From Candidatus Nanopelagicales bacterium (lineage in GTDB: Bacteria > Actinomycetota > Actinomycetes > S36-B12), in NCBI GenBank assembly GCA_040266055.1, contig JBDQFC010000001.1, forward strand, positions 92,648-156,647: a stretch of DNA of 64,000 nt, read 5' to 3'. Position numbers and translations under genes: made by a program. Under the pieces are notes generated by a model. That model was not told where the DNA came from and did not search any database. It was given only the letters and a program-made list of their open reading frames with translations. Below are positions 47,263 through 59,755 of the stretch, piece by piece (the first letter of the stretch is position 1; every line of letters begins with the position of its first letter).

Positions 47263-47946
47263 ATGTTTGTTCTTGGCGTCGACACCTCGGGCCCGGTCAC
47301 GTCCCTGGGCATTGGTGATGGCCACGGCCCAGGGCCGCGGCGCTCGATCGAGGGTGGGCGCAAACATGCGGAGGTAATCGATCAGGCGCTGATCGATCTG
47401 CGCTCGGATTTCTCGAGCGCAATCCCGCAGGCGGTCTGCGTGGGGGTGGGACCAGGGCCGTATTCGGGCCTACGTGTGGGTGTCGCCTTCGCGCTCGGAC
47501 TCTCACGCGCATGGGCGGTTCCGCTGGTGGGGATGTGCTCGTTGGATGTGATCGCGTGGGCACACGTCAACTCAGCGGGCTCGGAGGCCACGGACGACTT
47601 CGTCGTGACCGCCGATGCTCGTCGCCGAGAGCTCTACTGGGCCCGCTATGACGCTCGCGGCATGCGCACCCAAGGTCCGTACGTAGTCCTGGCAGATGAT
47701 CTCGAGGTTGACGTGCCGGTCGTGGCGAACGCACAGGTTGATCCGTCAATGATGGCGCACCGCGCCGCTTGTCTTCTGGAACAAGGCGTTCAGATTGCGG
47801 CTATCGATGATGCATGGGGTCCACACGGAAGTGATGGGTCTGACGTTAGTGTGCCCGCCGGTCCGCTTTTGCCTCCACGGCCGCTTTATCTGCGCGCTCC
47901 GGACATCACCTGGTCTCAGTCGAATGCGCCCGGAGCGGTCCTGTGA
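47263..47946 (+). CDS. tsaB: tRNA t6A37 biosynthesis protein TsaB
   Basis: MFVLGVDTSGPVTSLGI ... GPGPYSGLRVGVAFALGL. An alternative GTG at 47257 overlaps the tsaE stop. The track start at 47113 lies inside tsaE. Confidence 0.88.
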   Translation: MFVLGVDTSGPVTSLGIGDGHGPGPRRSIEGGRKHAEVIDQALIDLRSDFSSAIPQAVCVGVGPGPYSGLRVGVAFALGLSRAWAVPLVGMCSLDVIAWAHVNSAGSEATDDFVVTADARRRELYWARYDARGMRTQGPYVVLADDLEVDVPVVANAQVDPSMMAHRAACLLEQGVQIAAIDDAWGPHGSDGSDVSVPAGPLLPPRPLYLRAPDITWSQSNAPGAVL

Positions 47947-48425
47947 GCGGGGTATCAGGAAATGGCTCTGTCGAGGACCGAGTGCGTCCCATGCGCTGGT
48001 GGGACATCCCCTTCGTTCACGACATCGAGCAGCGGTGCTTTCCCCATGATTGTTGGAGCAGTGATCAGTTTTGGCGCGAGTTGGCAGGTGCGACGCGGGA
48101 GTACTTTGTTGCGGTCGCTGACGACTCCGTCGCGGGGTACGCCGGCATTTCCGTCCTTGCGCCCGATAGCGATCTTCAGACCCTTGCGATTCGGCCGGAT
48201 CAGCAAGGCGCTGGGTTGGGTCGAGAACTCCTCAAGGTGTGTATGGCCGCGTCGAGTCGCCGGGGTGCGACGTCGATGCTGCTCGAAGTCCGATCAGATA
48301 ACGAGCCCGCCAAGCGGCTCTATGAGTCCTTTGGCTTTGAGGTAATCGCATCTCGGTCGCACTACTACCCCGATGGAGGCGACGCATTGATCATGCGGCA
48401 GCGTCCGATCGAGGTGACGTCGTGA
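47943..48425 (+). CDS. rimI: Ribosomal-protein-alanine N-acetyltransferase RimI (GNAT)
   Basis: GNAT acetyl-CoA motif [34 protein letters not shown]. Conserved tsaB-rimI-tsaD order. Confidence 0.88.
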   Translation: MSGVSGNGSVEDRVRPMRWWDIPFVHDIEQRCFPHDCWSSDQFWRELAGATREYFVAVADDSVAGYAGISVLAPDSDLQTLAIRPDQQGAGLGRELLKVCMAASSRRGATSMLLEVRSDNEPAKRLYESFGFEVIASRSHYYPDGGDALIMRQRPIEVTS

Positions 48426-49462
48426 GTTCGATCTCGAGTCCGGTCGTTCTCGGTATTGAGACGTCTTGCGATGAAACCGGCGTGGGAATCGTCGTCGGTG
48501 GCGAACTTCGGGCCAACGTCATCGCATCGAGCATCGACGAGCAAGCGAGATTTGGAGGAATCGTCCCCGAGGTTGCGAGCCGCGCGCATATCGATGCATG
48601 GGGGCCGTCGATCGATGCCGCATGTGAGCGTGCAGGGATCGCCCTCTCCGATGTCGACGCAGTCGCTGTCACCGCTGGTCCTGGACTCGTCGGTGCGCTG
48701 CTCGTCGGGGTAGCTGCGGCCAAGGGATTGGCTTCAGGGCTTGGGGTTGACATCTACGGTGTTAACCACCTTGCAGCGCACATCGCGGTTGATGAACTCG
48801 AACATGGTCGACTTCCCGATCCGGTGATGTCTCTCTTGGTCTCCGGTGGCCACTCATCTTTGGTTCTCCTGGAAGGTGAGAACATCGTGTCGCTCGGACA
48901 GACGTTGGACGACGCCGCTGGCGAGGCCTTCGACAAAGTTGCCCGGTTGCTTGGGCTGCCGTTTCCCGGTGGACCGCACATCGACCGTGCCGCAGGATTC
49001 GGGAACGCCCTGGCCTACGACCTCCCCCGCGCGCTCATGCACGATCCAGATCATCGATTCGACTTCTCATTCTCTGGGCTCAAGACGGCGGTATCTCGAT
49101 TGATGACAACGATCGGCGAGGAGCCGACACATCAACAGATCAACGATGTGGCGGCAAGTTTCCAAGAGGCAGTTGTCGATGCGTTAACTCGCAAGGCGGT
49201 GCTCGCCTGCCGAGACCGTGGAGTCGACCACCTCGTTCTGGGTGGTGGAGTGGCAGCGAACTCTCGCCTCAGGAGCCTGATGCAGGAGCGGGCCGCGGCC
49301 GTAGGAATCGTTCTGCGCGTTCCACGTCCGGACTTGTGCACCGACAACGGAGCCATGGTGGCGGCGCTCGGTGCTCGGTTGATCCGGCATGGGGTCTCAC
49401 CCACGGATCCAGGCTTTCCCGCTACCTCGCATATGCCGGTCACCTCAGTGGCCTTCCCCTGA
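48422..49462 (+). CDS. tsaD: tRNA N6-adenosine threonylcarbamoyltransferase TsaD
   Basis: [39 protein letters not shown]. Confidence 0.96.
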   Translation: MSSISSPVVLGIETSCDETGVGIVVGGELRANVIASSIDEQARFGGIVPEVASRAHIDAWGPSIDAACERAGIALSDVDAVAVTAGPGLVGALLVGVAAAKGLASGLGVDIYGVNHLAAHIAVDELEHGRLPDPVMSLLVSGGHSSLVLLEGENIVSLGQTLDDAAGEAFDKVARLLGLPFPGGPHIDRAAGFGNALAYDLPRALMHDPDHRFDFSFSGLKTAVSRLMTTIGEEPTHQQINDVAASFQEAVVDALTRKAVLACRDRGVDHLVLGGGVAANSRLRSLMQERAAAVGIVLRVPRPDLCTDNGAMVAALGARLIRHGVSPTDPGFPATSHMPVTSVAFP

Positions 49463-49534
49463 CCAATCGGTGCGCGTACGCTGGAGGTCTGGTCACGGCT
49501 CTCGGGCCGGCTTCCCCGGACCAAGGAGTACTTG

Positions 49535-50251
49535 ATGGGTCGTGTGCGGTCTCGGCTGCTGAGCGTCGCGACGCTCGGTTTGGCGTCGACCCTCCTCCTC
49601 GCCTTTGCACCCGTCGCTTCAGCCGGTCCCGACCCCACGGCCGGGGATCCGCCCAAGGTCCTCGCTGTCATTCCCGATCTCCAACCGGTCTATCGGGTGC
49701 AAACCGAAGACCCCGTTGTATTCATCACCATTGACGATGGCGTCTTCAAGAATGCGCGTGCCCGCGATCTAGTGGAGCGTCGCAAGATTCCGATCACCAG
49801 CTTCCTGACCGCCTGGACCATTCAAGATCGCTCCCGCTACTTCCAGCGGGTATCTGATGCCGGTTCGGTTCAAAATCACAGCGCCACCCATGCTTCGTTC
49901 GCAAAAATCTCCACTGATCTCGATCACGAGATCTGTTATACCCAGCGCAAGATCGCGCGGGAGTTCGATAAATCAGCGTGGATGCTGCGTCCGCCGTACG
50001 GCGTTTCCGCGGACAGTCCTCGCGTTCGTGCGGTTGCTCGACGATGCGGCATCCAACGCATCGTCATGTGGGACACCGTGATCGACCATGGCGAGATCTC
50101 CTACCGCAACGGGAAACTGCGCAACGGCTCAATAATTTTGTTGCACTACGGCAAGGATTTAGACAAGGACTTGCGCGCCGCACTGCGTGCTGCCCGAAAG
50201 GCCGGACTCACCCCGGCCGATCTCGCCGACTATCTACCGCGCCTGAATTGA
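49535..50251 (+). CDS. Secreted polysaccharide deacetylase (NodB-domain)
   Basis: ATG 49535, 6 nt after AAGGAG. Signal peptide ending PVASA. NodB motifs FITIDDG, HSATH, RPPYG, LLHYG. Confidence 0.85.
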   Translation: MGRVRSRLLSVATLGLASTLLLAFAPVASAGPDPTAGDPPKVLAVIPDLQPVYRVQTEDPVVFITIDDGVFKNARARDLVERRKIPITSFLTAWTIQDRSRYFQRVSDAGSVQNHSATHASFAKISTDLDHEICYTQRKIAREFDKSAWMLRPPYGVSADSPRVRAVARRCGIQRIVMWDTVIDHGEISYRNGKLRNGSIILLHYGKDLDKDLRAALRAARKAGLTPADLADYLPRLN

Positions 50252-50325
50252 TCGCCTCTTGCACCGAAACCTGCAGTTGCCGTCACAAAGAGGCGAGCTT
50301 TTTGACGGCGACCAGAGGTTTCGGT
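50252..50325. terminator. Convergent-gene spacer with three interleaved inverted repeats (bidirectional terminator region)
   Basis: IR-A tcgcctctt (50252-60) / aagaggcga (50288-96), followed by gcttttt. IR-B accgaaacct (50263-72) / aggtttcggt (50316-25). IR-C gccgtca (50279-85) / tgacggc (50303-09). Confidence 0.45.
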
Positions 50326-50333
50326 TACCTGGC

Positions 50334-51602
50334 CTACTGGTCGAGTCGTTCGACGAGGTGGGCATCGGTGCTTCCCGGCGTCAAGACGATTGCGTAGCGG
50401 TCGCCGTCGGGTAGCGCGATCTTCTTTCGCAACGTGCTCAATGGCGTCCTGGATTCCTTGCATTTGATCGCGACTGCTTCGACGCCGTGAGCTGTTGCAC
50501 ACCTGTGCATGTCTTTTATGGGTGCGGTGTCGATGACCTGGTACCAGCGAACCCCGGGTGTGGCTTGGGCAACCGTAAGCAGGTCGGTGCTGATCCATGT
50601 GCTCCTTTCGTGAACAAGGTGGCACCCGAGTTGGCACAGTGCGGGCAGACACCGGTGTAAGGCGTGGTGTGGTTCGCCGAGGTAATCACCAATCGGGCCG
50701 ACCGGGGCGGAGCTATCGCGAGCCGGGTAGGTGAGCGGATCGGAGTTGGACGCTTCAGGGAGCAGCGTGGCCTGCCGGGCTGCGACAAAAGCATCGGGAG
50801 TGGATGAAAACAACGAGCATTCGGCGGTGTAGTCGGCCACGCCCAGCCACTCGCAGGACCAGCCGGCCCCTGGTGTGAAAGAACCCGGGGCCTTCGCCGC
50901 GACCACCTCAAAGCGATCACGCAGCGACTCCACGAACGACCACGGAGGAGACCAGCGCTCGGGGTCTCGCTCTGGATGAGCCCGTGATCCGTCTACCGGA
51001 CGGGCGCCGCTGCGGCGGGCTGGGTCGACAAAGACCGCGATAGGTCCGGAAAGTCGGGATGCCGCGGACCGGCCGGTCCCAATGCTCTCAAGTAGGCCCG
51101 GTTGCGTGGCATCGGCGGTGACCACCTGCGCTGAGTCTGTGACCCTTGCAAGATTGGCGGCGCAGACCTCTGCCGTAGTCGGATCGTTGTCAATGGCGAT
51201 GACGTCCAGCCCAGCCTCTGCGAAGGCGCAAGCATCTATGCCGATGCCGGCGCTTGCATCGATAACGCTGCGGACGCCGGTGGAGATCAGCATTCGAGCT
51301 CGCCTGGCCGCCACTTCGGGCCGGCTGGCCTGTTCCAGACCAACCGGTGTAGCAAGGATCTGGGATCCGGGTGCGAGCAGGCCTCGCCGGGCACCCAAGA
51401 CCCTGAGTTCGTACTGGGTGAGGACTGCGGAGCACAGGTCGGCGTCCCATTGGGGGTGTTCTCGGCGCAGGAGGTTGATCGCGGTTAGGGGGTCGGACGT
51501 GGATGCCAGCGTGACCGATGCGGAGTCCAGGAGGTCGTGCCTGGCATCGACGGGCATGCGAGCGAGACGGACGAGTCCAGGAACCTCGCGATCGGCGCTC
51601 AT
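50334..51602 (-). CDS. Class I SAM-dependent methyltransferase (THUMP-like C-terminal region)
   Basis: Start set at ATG 51602 (MSADREVPG...). The track start at 51758 would run through the groES promoter and CIRCE. Motif I VIDASAGIGIDACAFAEAG, then DVIAIDNDP. Confidence 0.7.
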   Translation of the reverse strand: MSADREVPGLVRLARMPVDARHDLLDSASVTLASTSDPLTAINLLRREHPQWDADLCSAVLTQYELRVLGARRGLLAPGSQILATPVGLEQASRPEVAARRARMLISTGVRSVIDASAGIGIDACAFAEAGLDVIAIDNDPTTAEVCAANLARVTDSAQVVTADATQPGLLESIGTGRSAASRLSGPIAVFVDPARRSGARPVDGSRAHPERDPERWSPPWSFVESLRDRFEVVAAKAPGSFTPGAGWSCEWLGVADYTAECSLFSSTPDAFVAARQATLLPEASNSDPLTYPARDSSAPVGPIGDYLGEPHHALHRCLPALCQLGCHLVHERSTWISTDLLTVAQATPGVRWYQVIDTAPIKDMHRCATAHGVEAVAIKCKESRTPLSTLRKKIALPDGDRYAIVLTPGSTDAHLVERLDQ

Positions 51603-51628
51603 GTGGGGGATCCTGGCAGCCGACGCGC

Positions 51629-51655
51629 TTGGCACTCGAATTGACAGAGTGCTAA
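51629..51655 (+). promoter_or_regulatory. CIRCE operator 1 (HrcA binding site)
   Basis: TTGGCACTC-gaattgaca-GAGTGCTAA vs consensus TTAGCACTC-N9-GAGTGCTAA (1 mismatch). Confidence 0.9.
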
Positions 51656-51669
51656 CTCCCGCGTACTGT
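51641..51669 (+). promoter_or_regulatory. Candidate groESL promoter (TTGACA -17 nt- TACTGT)
   Basis: TTGACA 51641-51646 lies in the CIRCE-1 spacer. TACTGT 51664-51669 lies between the two CIRCE copies. Confidence 0.55.
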
Positions 51670-51674
51670 TTGCG

Positions 51675-51701
51675 TTGGCACTCTCCCCGTGAGACTGCCA
51701 A
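51675..51701 (+). promoter_or_regulatory. CIRCE operator 2 (degenerate)
   Basis: TTGGCACTC-tccccgtga-GACTGCCAA (3 mismatches to consensus). Would sit at the very 5' end of the transcript. Confidence 0.7.
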
Positions 51702-51760
51702 CAGTCCTAGCCGTTTCCCGCCCGCAAGGGCGGCCGCCGACTCATCCGGAGGATGCAACC

Positions 51761-52060
51761 GTGTCGGTTTCCATCAAGCCACTCGAGGACCGGATTTTGG
51801 TCCAAACCCTGGACGCCGAGCAGACCACTGCCTCGGGTCTTGTTATTCCCGATACCGCCAAGGAGAAGCCCCAGGAGGGCAAGGTTCTTGCCGTGGGCCC
51901 GGGACGCTTCGACGAGGACGGGGATAAGCGAATCCCGCTCGACATCAGCGTCGGTGACGTCGTGATCTACAGCAAGTACGGCGGCACTGAGGTGAAGTAC
52001 AACAACGAGGACTACCTCATCCTTTCGGCGCGCGACGTTCTCGCCGTCGTCGAGAAGTAG
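51761..52060 (+). CDS. groES: Co-chaperonin GroES
   Basis: GTG 51761 after [53 protein letters not shown]. Confidence 0.97.
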   Translation: MSVSIKPLEDRILVQTLDAEQTTASGLVIPDTAKEKPQEGKVLAVGPGRFDEDGDKRIPLDISVGDVVIYSKYGGTEVKYNNEDYLILSARDVLAVVEK

Positions 52061-52130
52061 AGCAGTAGGGAGCTCCGGGCGTGCAAGCGCCCGGTAGTGC
52101 GACCTCGTATGAAGCAAGACTCTTTTTGTC

Positions 52131-53838
<1,708 letters not shown>

Positions 53839-53871
53839 GAGCTGATTAACTCGAAACCTGTCTGACTCACA

Positions 53872-53902
53872 CGAAAGGCGCCGGGATCACCGGCGCCTTT
53901 CG
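53872..53902 (+). terminator. Intrinsic terminator of groEL
   Basis: cgaaaggcgccgg-gatca-ccggcgcctttcg, a perfect 13-bp stem, then ttctgtg. Confidence 0.7.
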
Positions 53903-53970
53903 TTCTGTGAGGAGGGATGCAGATGCGTAAGTTGTGTAGGCGGCGAGGTAGTAGACGCCCGCGGAGCTGA

Positions 53971-54267
53971 TTAAACGGCTTGGGGGAGCCGGCGTTGACC
54001 GGCGTAGACAGCCTCGCGATCGTCCTCGGAAAGACCACCCCAGACGCCGTACGGTTCGCGAACCTCTAGCGCGTGGGCAGCACACTGCATCATGACTGGA
54101 CATGATGCACATATTGACTTGGCGGCCGCTTCGCGGGCCGCGCGGGCGGGGCCACGCTCGCCTTCGGGGTGAAAGAAGATCCCTGGATCTTCGCCCCGAC
54201 ATGAGCCTTCGAGCTGCCAGTCCCAAATATCTGCATTGGGGCCTGGAAGTCGTGAAACGTCTGCCAT
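53971..54267 (-). CDS. whiB: WhiB-family [4Fe-4S] transcription factor (WhiB3/WhiD-like)
   Basis: LPGPNADIWDWQLEGSCRGEDPGIFFHPEGERG ... CASCPVMMQC ... EPYGVWGGLSE. Four Cys plus the GVWGG turn. Same position next to groEL1 as whiB3 in M. tuberculosis. Confidence 0.93.
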   Translation of the reverse strand: MADVSRLPGPNADIWDWQLEGSCRGEDPGIFFHPEGERGPARAAREAAAKSICASCPVMMQCAAHALEVREPYGVWGGLSEDDREAVYAGQRRLPQAV

Positions 54268-54292
54268 GTGAACCTCCCGAATAGGTGTTGAA

Positions 54293-54322
54293 ACGATAGC
54301 AATCGCGCCAAAGGTTCGTCAA
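54293..54322 (-). promoter_or_regulatory. Candidate whiB promoter (TTGACG -18 nt- TATCGT on the minus strand)
   Basis: Minus-strand TTGACG (plus-strand coordinates 54317-54322) and TATCGT (54293-54298), ~25 nt upstream of the GGGAGG RBS and ATG at 54267. Confidence 0.3.
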
Positions 54323-54431
54323 GACGGGTATTTGAACAATGTAGAATCGTTTCATCTCGACTGTATGTCCGTTATGCCTGCTATCTCCCGGTGCGGATGC
54401 GGAGTAGGTAGTTGCCTCCCACAATGAGGCC

Positions 54432-55448
54432 GTGGTCAGCGAATCCAGCGATAGCCAAGAGGCCGGTGAATCCGGTCGCTCGGACGCGCCTGGAATCACC
54501 GTCGCGGCGGTCGCCCGTCGCCTGGGCGTCGCCCCGGCGACCCTCAGAACATGGGACCGGCGCTATGGCCTCGGACCGAGCGAACACCGCGCGGGCTCGC
54601 ACCGGCGCTATTCCGCGGCCGACCTCGCCCGCTTGGAGCACATGCGTCGTCTGGTGCTAGCGGGACTTCCACCCGGCGACGCTGCTCGTGAGGCCTTGGC
54701 TCTTGATGTCGATCCCTCGACGCTGGCTCCGGTAACGGACATCGTGACGAGCACTGCGGTGACGCCACCTGCTCGGGCGACCGAGGAAAACCTCGGGCAG
54801 GCCCGCAGCGGTGGAGGACAGGTCGTCCCCATTCCCGGTGGTACCCCGGCGTCGCGTGGCCTGGCACGTGCGGCGCTGGCCCTCGACGGTGACGCTTGTC
54901 AGCAGATCGTCCGGGAAACCATGGAGCGGCGTGGCGTGATCTGGACGTGGGACCACCTGCTCGTTCCTGTTCTCACCGGAGTTGGTCAGCGATGGGAGAC
55001 GAGCGGTCGAGGAATCGACGTCGAGCACATACTTAGCGACTCTCTGCATGCTGTTCTCGCTGAGCGCACCCGGGAACTGAGGGATCCGCAAAACGGCCGC
55101 CTGGTTCTCCTCGCCGGTGCAAATGAGGAAACGCACTTTCTACCGCTGTGGGCTGTCGCGGCGGCCCTGGCGGAACGACGCATCGGTTGTCGGATGCTGG
55201 GAGCGCGCGTACCGCAAGAGACGCTGGTGCAGGCCGTGCGTAGAACCGGACCGGCTGCTGTCTTCGTGTGGGCCCAGATTCCCGGCTCGGCTCGAACCGA
55301 GAACCTCGCCGATCTCGCGACCTTGCGCCCGGCCCCGACGGTTCTTGCTGGCGGACCCGGGTGGACGGGGCCGGCCCCCACAGGTGTGAGTCAAACCTCG
55401 GACCTCACCGAGACGGTGACTCGCTTGGCTCGCGCACTCGGAATGTGA
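54432..55448 (+). CDS. MerR-family transcriptional regulator with C-terminal cobalamin(B12)-binding-like domain
   Basis: N-terminal MerR HTH ITVAAVARRLGVAPATLRTWDRRYGL...HRRYSAADLARLEHMRRL. C-terminus RLVLLAGANEETHFLPLWAVAAALAERRIGCRMLGARVPQETL resembles the CarH/LitR B12-binding fold (E-x-H motif). Confidence 0.7.
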   Translation: MVSESSDSQEAGESGRSDAPGITVAAVARRLGVAPATLRTWDRRYGLGPSEHRAGSHRRYSAADLARLEHMRRLVLAGLPPGDAAREALALDVDPSTLAPVTDIVTSTAVTPPARATEENLGQARSGGGQVVPIPGGTPASRGLARAALALDGDACQQIVRETMERRGVIWTWDHLLVPVLTGVGQRWETSGRGIDVEHILSDSLHAVLAERTRELRDPQNGRLVLLAGANEETHFLPLWAVAAALAERRIGCRMLGARVPQETLVQAVRRTGPAAVFVWAQIPGSARTENLADLATLRPAPTVLAGGPGWTGPAPTGVSQTSDLTETVTRLARALGM

Positions 55449-55452
55449 GTAG

Positions 55453-56958
<1,506 letters not shown>

Positions 56959-56960
56959 CC

Positions 56961-58073
56961 GTGTCCGACGTACTTATCGGTGGCTCCAAGCAGGCCGCCC
57001 GTTCCTACTCATTTGACGAGATCGCGATTGCTCCGAGTCGGCGCACGCGTAATCCCGAAGATGTCTCGACCGCATGGAGTATCGACGCGTATTCCTTCGA
57101 AACTCCACTTCTCGTCGCACCGATGGACTCGGTGGTATCACCTGCAAGCGCCATTGAACTTGCCGGACACGGGGCGCTTGCATCGCTGAACATTGAGGGT
57201 GTGTGGACTCGCTACGAGGACGCCGAGCCGATCTTGGCGCAGATCGCTACGGAAGACGCAGCGACGGTCACTGCTCACATGCAGCGCATCTACTCCGACG
57301 AACACGTGAAGCCAGAACTGATCACGCAGCGCATTGCGCGTATGAAGGAATCCGGCATAACTGTCTCCGTTGCAGTCTCACCGCAACGCACGGCGCAGTT
57401 CGCTCCGCTCGCGGCACAGGCGGGCGCCGACATCATCGTGATTCGCGGAACCACAGTGTCGGCCGAACACGTCAACTCCGATGGCGATGAGTTGAACCTC
57501 AAGGAGTTCATTCACGAACTAGACGTACCGGTGATCGTCGGTGGCTGCAGCACTCGCCAAGCGGCACTGCACCTGATGCGCACTGGAGCAGCGGGCGTGT
57601 TGGTCGGTTTCGGAGGAGGGGCCAGTCACACAACCTCCGATGTGATCGGTGTTCGTGTTCCGATGGCCACCGCTGTCGCGGAAGTCGCCGCAGCGCGTCG
57701 GGACTACCTCGATGAGTCAGGCGGCCGGTACGTCCACGTGATTGCCGATGGGTCGATGGGTTCCAGCGGAGATATCGTCAAGGCCTTCGCCTGTGGTGCG
57801 GACGCTGCCATGGTGGGCTCGATGTTCGCCCGGGCAACCGATGCTCCCGGTCGCGGAGCGCACTGGGGTGCTGAGGCCTGGCACCGGAGCCTGCCGCGCG
57901 GGGAGCGGCACCTGATGGATCAGGTGGGCACCTTCGCCGAAATCATGAACGGTCCATCCACTCGGGCCGATGGCACCGTGAACATCGTCGGCGCGTTGCG
58001 TAAGGCGATGGCTACAACGGGCTATTCAGACCTCAAGGAGTTCCAGCGCGTCGATATGGTCCTGACCTCCTAA
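56961..58073 (+). CDS. guaB3: GuaB3-family IMP dehydrogenase-related protein (no CBS domains)
   Basis: 370 aa. YSFDEIAIAPSRRTR, VIVGGCSTRQAALHLMRTGAAGVLVG, VIADGSMGSSGDIVKAFACGADAAMVGS. Follows guaB as in mycobacteria. Confidence 0.88.
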   Translation: MSDVLIGGSKQAARSYSFDEIAIAPSRRTRNPEDVSTAWSIDAYSFETPLLVAPMDSVVSPASAIELAGHGALASLNIEGVWTRYEDAEPILAQIATEDAATVTAHMQRIYSDEHVKPELITQRIARMKESGITVSVAVSPQRTAQFAPLAAQAGADIIVIRGTTVSAEHVNSDGDELNLKEFIHELDVPVIVGGCSTRQAALHLMRTGAAGVLVGFGGGASHTTSDVIGVRVPMATAVAEVAAARRDYLDESGGRYVHVIADGSMGSSGDIVKAFACGADAAMVGSMFARATDAPGRGAHWGAEAWHRSLPRGERHLMDQVGTFAEIMNGPSTRADGTVNIVGALRKAMATTGYSDLKEFQRVDMVLTS

Positions 58074-58214
58074 CCCCCTTTTTCCCACACTCCGGGGGAT
58101 CGACCGTCGATCTCCCCGTATGAGGCCCGTCTGCAACTTTTCCCCATAGTTGGCCGGCGATCGTGGAATCAGAGAGACTTATGATCGGTCGTTCTCAATG
58201 AAGGCGGGTGCAGC

Positions 58215-59747
58215 GTGACATCTATCGACCCCTCTACTTTGCTGGACCACCTCAGAGCGTCCGGACCTAGCCGCGACGTCATCGAACCCTTCACCGGCGA
58301 TGTTCTGTATTCACTCCCGACCAGCACCGAGACCGATATCGATGCTGCCTTCGAAACTGGACGCCGGGCCCAGAAGACCTGGGCTGAGCTGCCACTGAGC
58401 GAACGCAGCGCCATCGTTCTGCGCTTCCACGACCTGTTCCTGGGTGATCGCCGATACGGGCTCGACTTAGTGCAGCGGGAAACGGGCAAGGCTCGCAAGG
58501 ATGCCAACGACGAAGTCCTCGACGTATGCATCACTGCTCGGCACTACGCCCGCGACGCTCGACGGCTACTACGTCCACGTCGTCGTCGGGGAGCCATTCC
58601 TGGAATCGTCGGAGTCGTGGAGCGTCGGGCACCCAAGGGTGTCGTGGGTGTTATCGCGCCATGGAACTACCCGGTTTCTCTGGCGGTCGGCGATGCAATT
58701 CCCGCACTGCTTGCCGGTAACACTGTGGTCCTCAAACCCGATGTCCAAACGACACTGTCCGCACTCTGGATCGCTTCCTTGCTCGAGCATGCTGGATTGC
58801 CGCCCGGTGTCTTCACTGTGGTCTCGGGGGAGGGTCCGCAGGTGGGTCCGATGGTGATCGACCGGTCGGACTACGTGATGTTCACCGGATCCACGGCGGT
58901 TGGTCGCCAGGTGGCTGCACGCTGCGGGGAGCGTCTCATCGGGTGCTCGATGGAGCTTGGCGGTAAGAACGCGATGATCGTGCGCGGTGACGCCGATCCG
59001 GAAGTTGCAGCGTCCATCGCCGTTCGCGCCAGTTTCTCGAATACCGGCCAACTGTGTATCTCGATGGAGCGCATTTACGTTAATCGGGAGGTCTACGAGC
59101 CTTTCCTTGCCGCATTCGCTCGACGTACTGAAGCGCTGCGGATGTCCGCGCATGTGGGCTGGGGATCGGATGTGGGTTCCTTGATCTCACAGCGCCAAGT
59201 CGATCGGGTCAGCGCGCACGTCGACGATGCAATCGAGCGAGGGGCGCACGTGGTCGCTGGTGGGAAAGTGCGGCCCGATCTTGGTCCTTACTTCTTCGCG
59301 CCGACGATTCTGACCAATGTCCAAGAATCCATGGAGTTGTGTCGAACGGAGACCTTCGGACCGGTGGTTGCCGTGTACCCAGTGGCATCCGACGAAGAAG
59401 CGATCATGCTCGCGAATGACTCCGACTATGGACTCAATGCTTCCATCGCCAGTAGGGATGTACGGCAGGCCCAGGCCGTGGCTCGTCGTGTGCGCGCGGG
59501 AACGGTCAATATCAACGAGGGGTTTGCTGCAGCGTGGGCCAGCAAGCGCGCCCCAATGGGTGGCATGGGCGCATCGGGCCTTGGACGTCGTCATGGGGAT
59601 GAGGGTTTGCTGAAGTACACCGAGCCGCAGACCATCGCTACCCAACGGGCGCTGGGATTCGATCCGCAATTCGGCTGGTCAGACGAACAATGGGGTGACA
59701 CCCTTGCGCGAGCTATGGGTGTGATGAAGAAATTTGGCCTGAAGTAG
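58215..59747 (+). CDS. NAD(P)-dependent aldehyde dehydrogenase (GabD2-like succinate-semialdehyde dehydrogenase family)
   Basis: GTG start. APWNYP, general base MELGGKNA, catalytic Cys SNTGQLCISMERIYV, PMGGMGASGLGRRHG. Confidence 0.85.
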   Translation: MTSIDPSTLLDHLRASGPSRDVIEPFTGDVLYSLPTSTETDIDAAFETGRRAQKTWAELPLSERSAIVLRFHDLFLGDRRYGLDLVQRETGKARKDANDEVLDVCITARHYARDARRLLRPRRRRGAIPGIVGVVERRAPKGVVGVIAPWNYPVSLAVGDAIPALLAGNTVVLKPDVQTTLSALWIASLLEHAGLPPGVFTVVSGEGPQVGPMVIDRSDYVMFTGSTAVGRQVAARCGERLIGCSMELGGKNAMIVRGDADPEVAASIAVRASFSNTGQLCISMERIYVNREVYEPFLAAFARRTEALRMSAHVGWGSDVGSLISQRQVDRVSAHVDDAIERGAHVVAGGKVRPDLGPYFFAPTILTNVQESMELCRTETFGPVVAVYPVASDEEAIMLANDSDYGLNASIASRDVRQAQAVARRVRAGTVNINEGFAAAWASKRAPMGGMGASGLGRRHGDEGLLKYTEPQTIATQRALGFDPQFGWSDEQWGDTLARAMGVMKKFGLK

Positions 59748-59755
59748 GAGGGAAC

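Noticed and set aside
51603-51758. Longer version of the methyltransferase ORF (start at 51758) and the longer groES ORF (start at 51689)
   Set aside because: Both extensions would be translated across the CIRCE operators and the groES promoter. groES has a GTG at 51761 with GGAGGA upstream and gives the canonical [13 protein letters not shown]-terminus.
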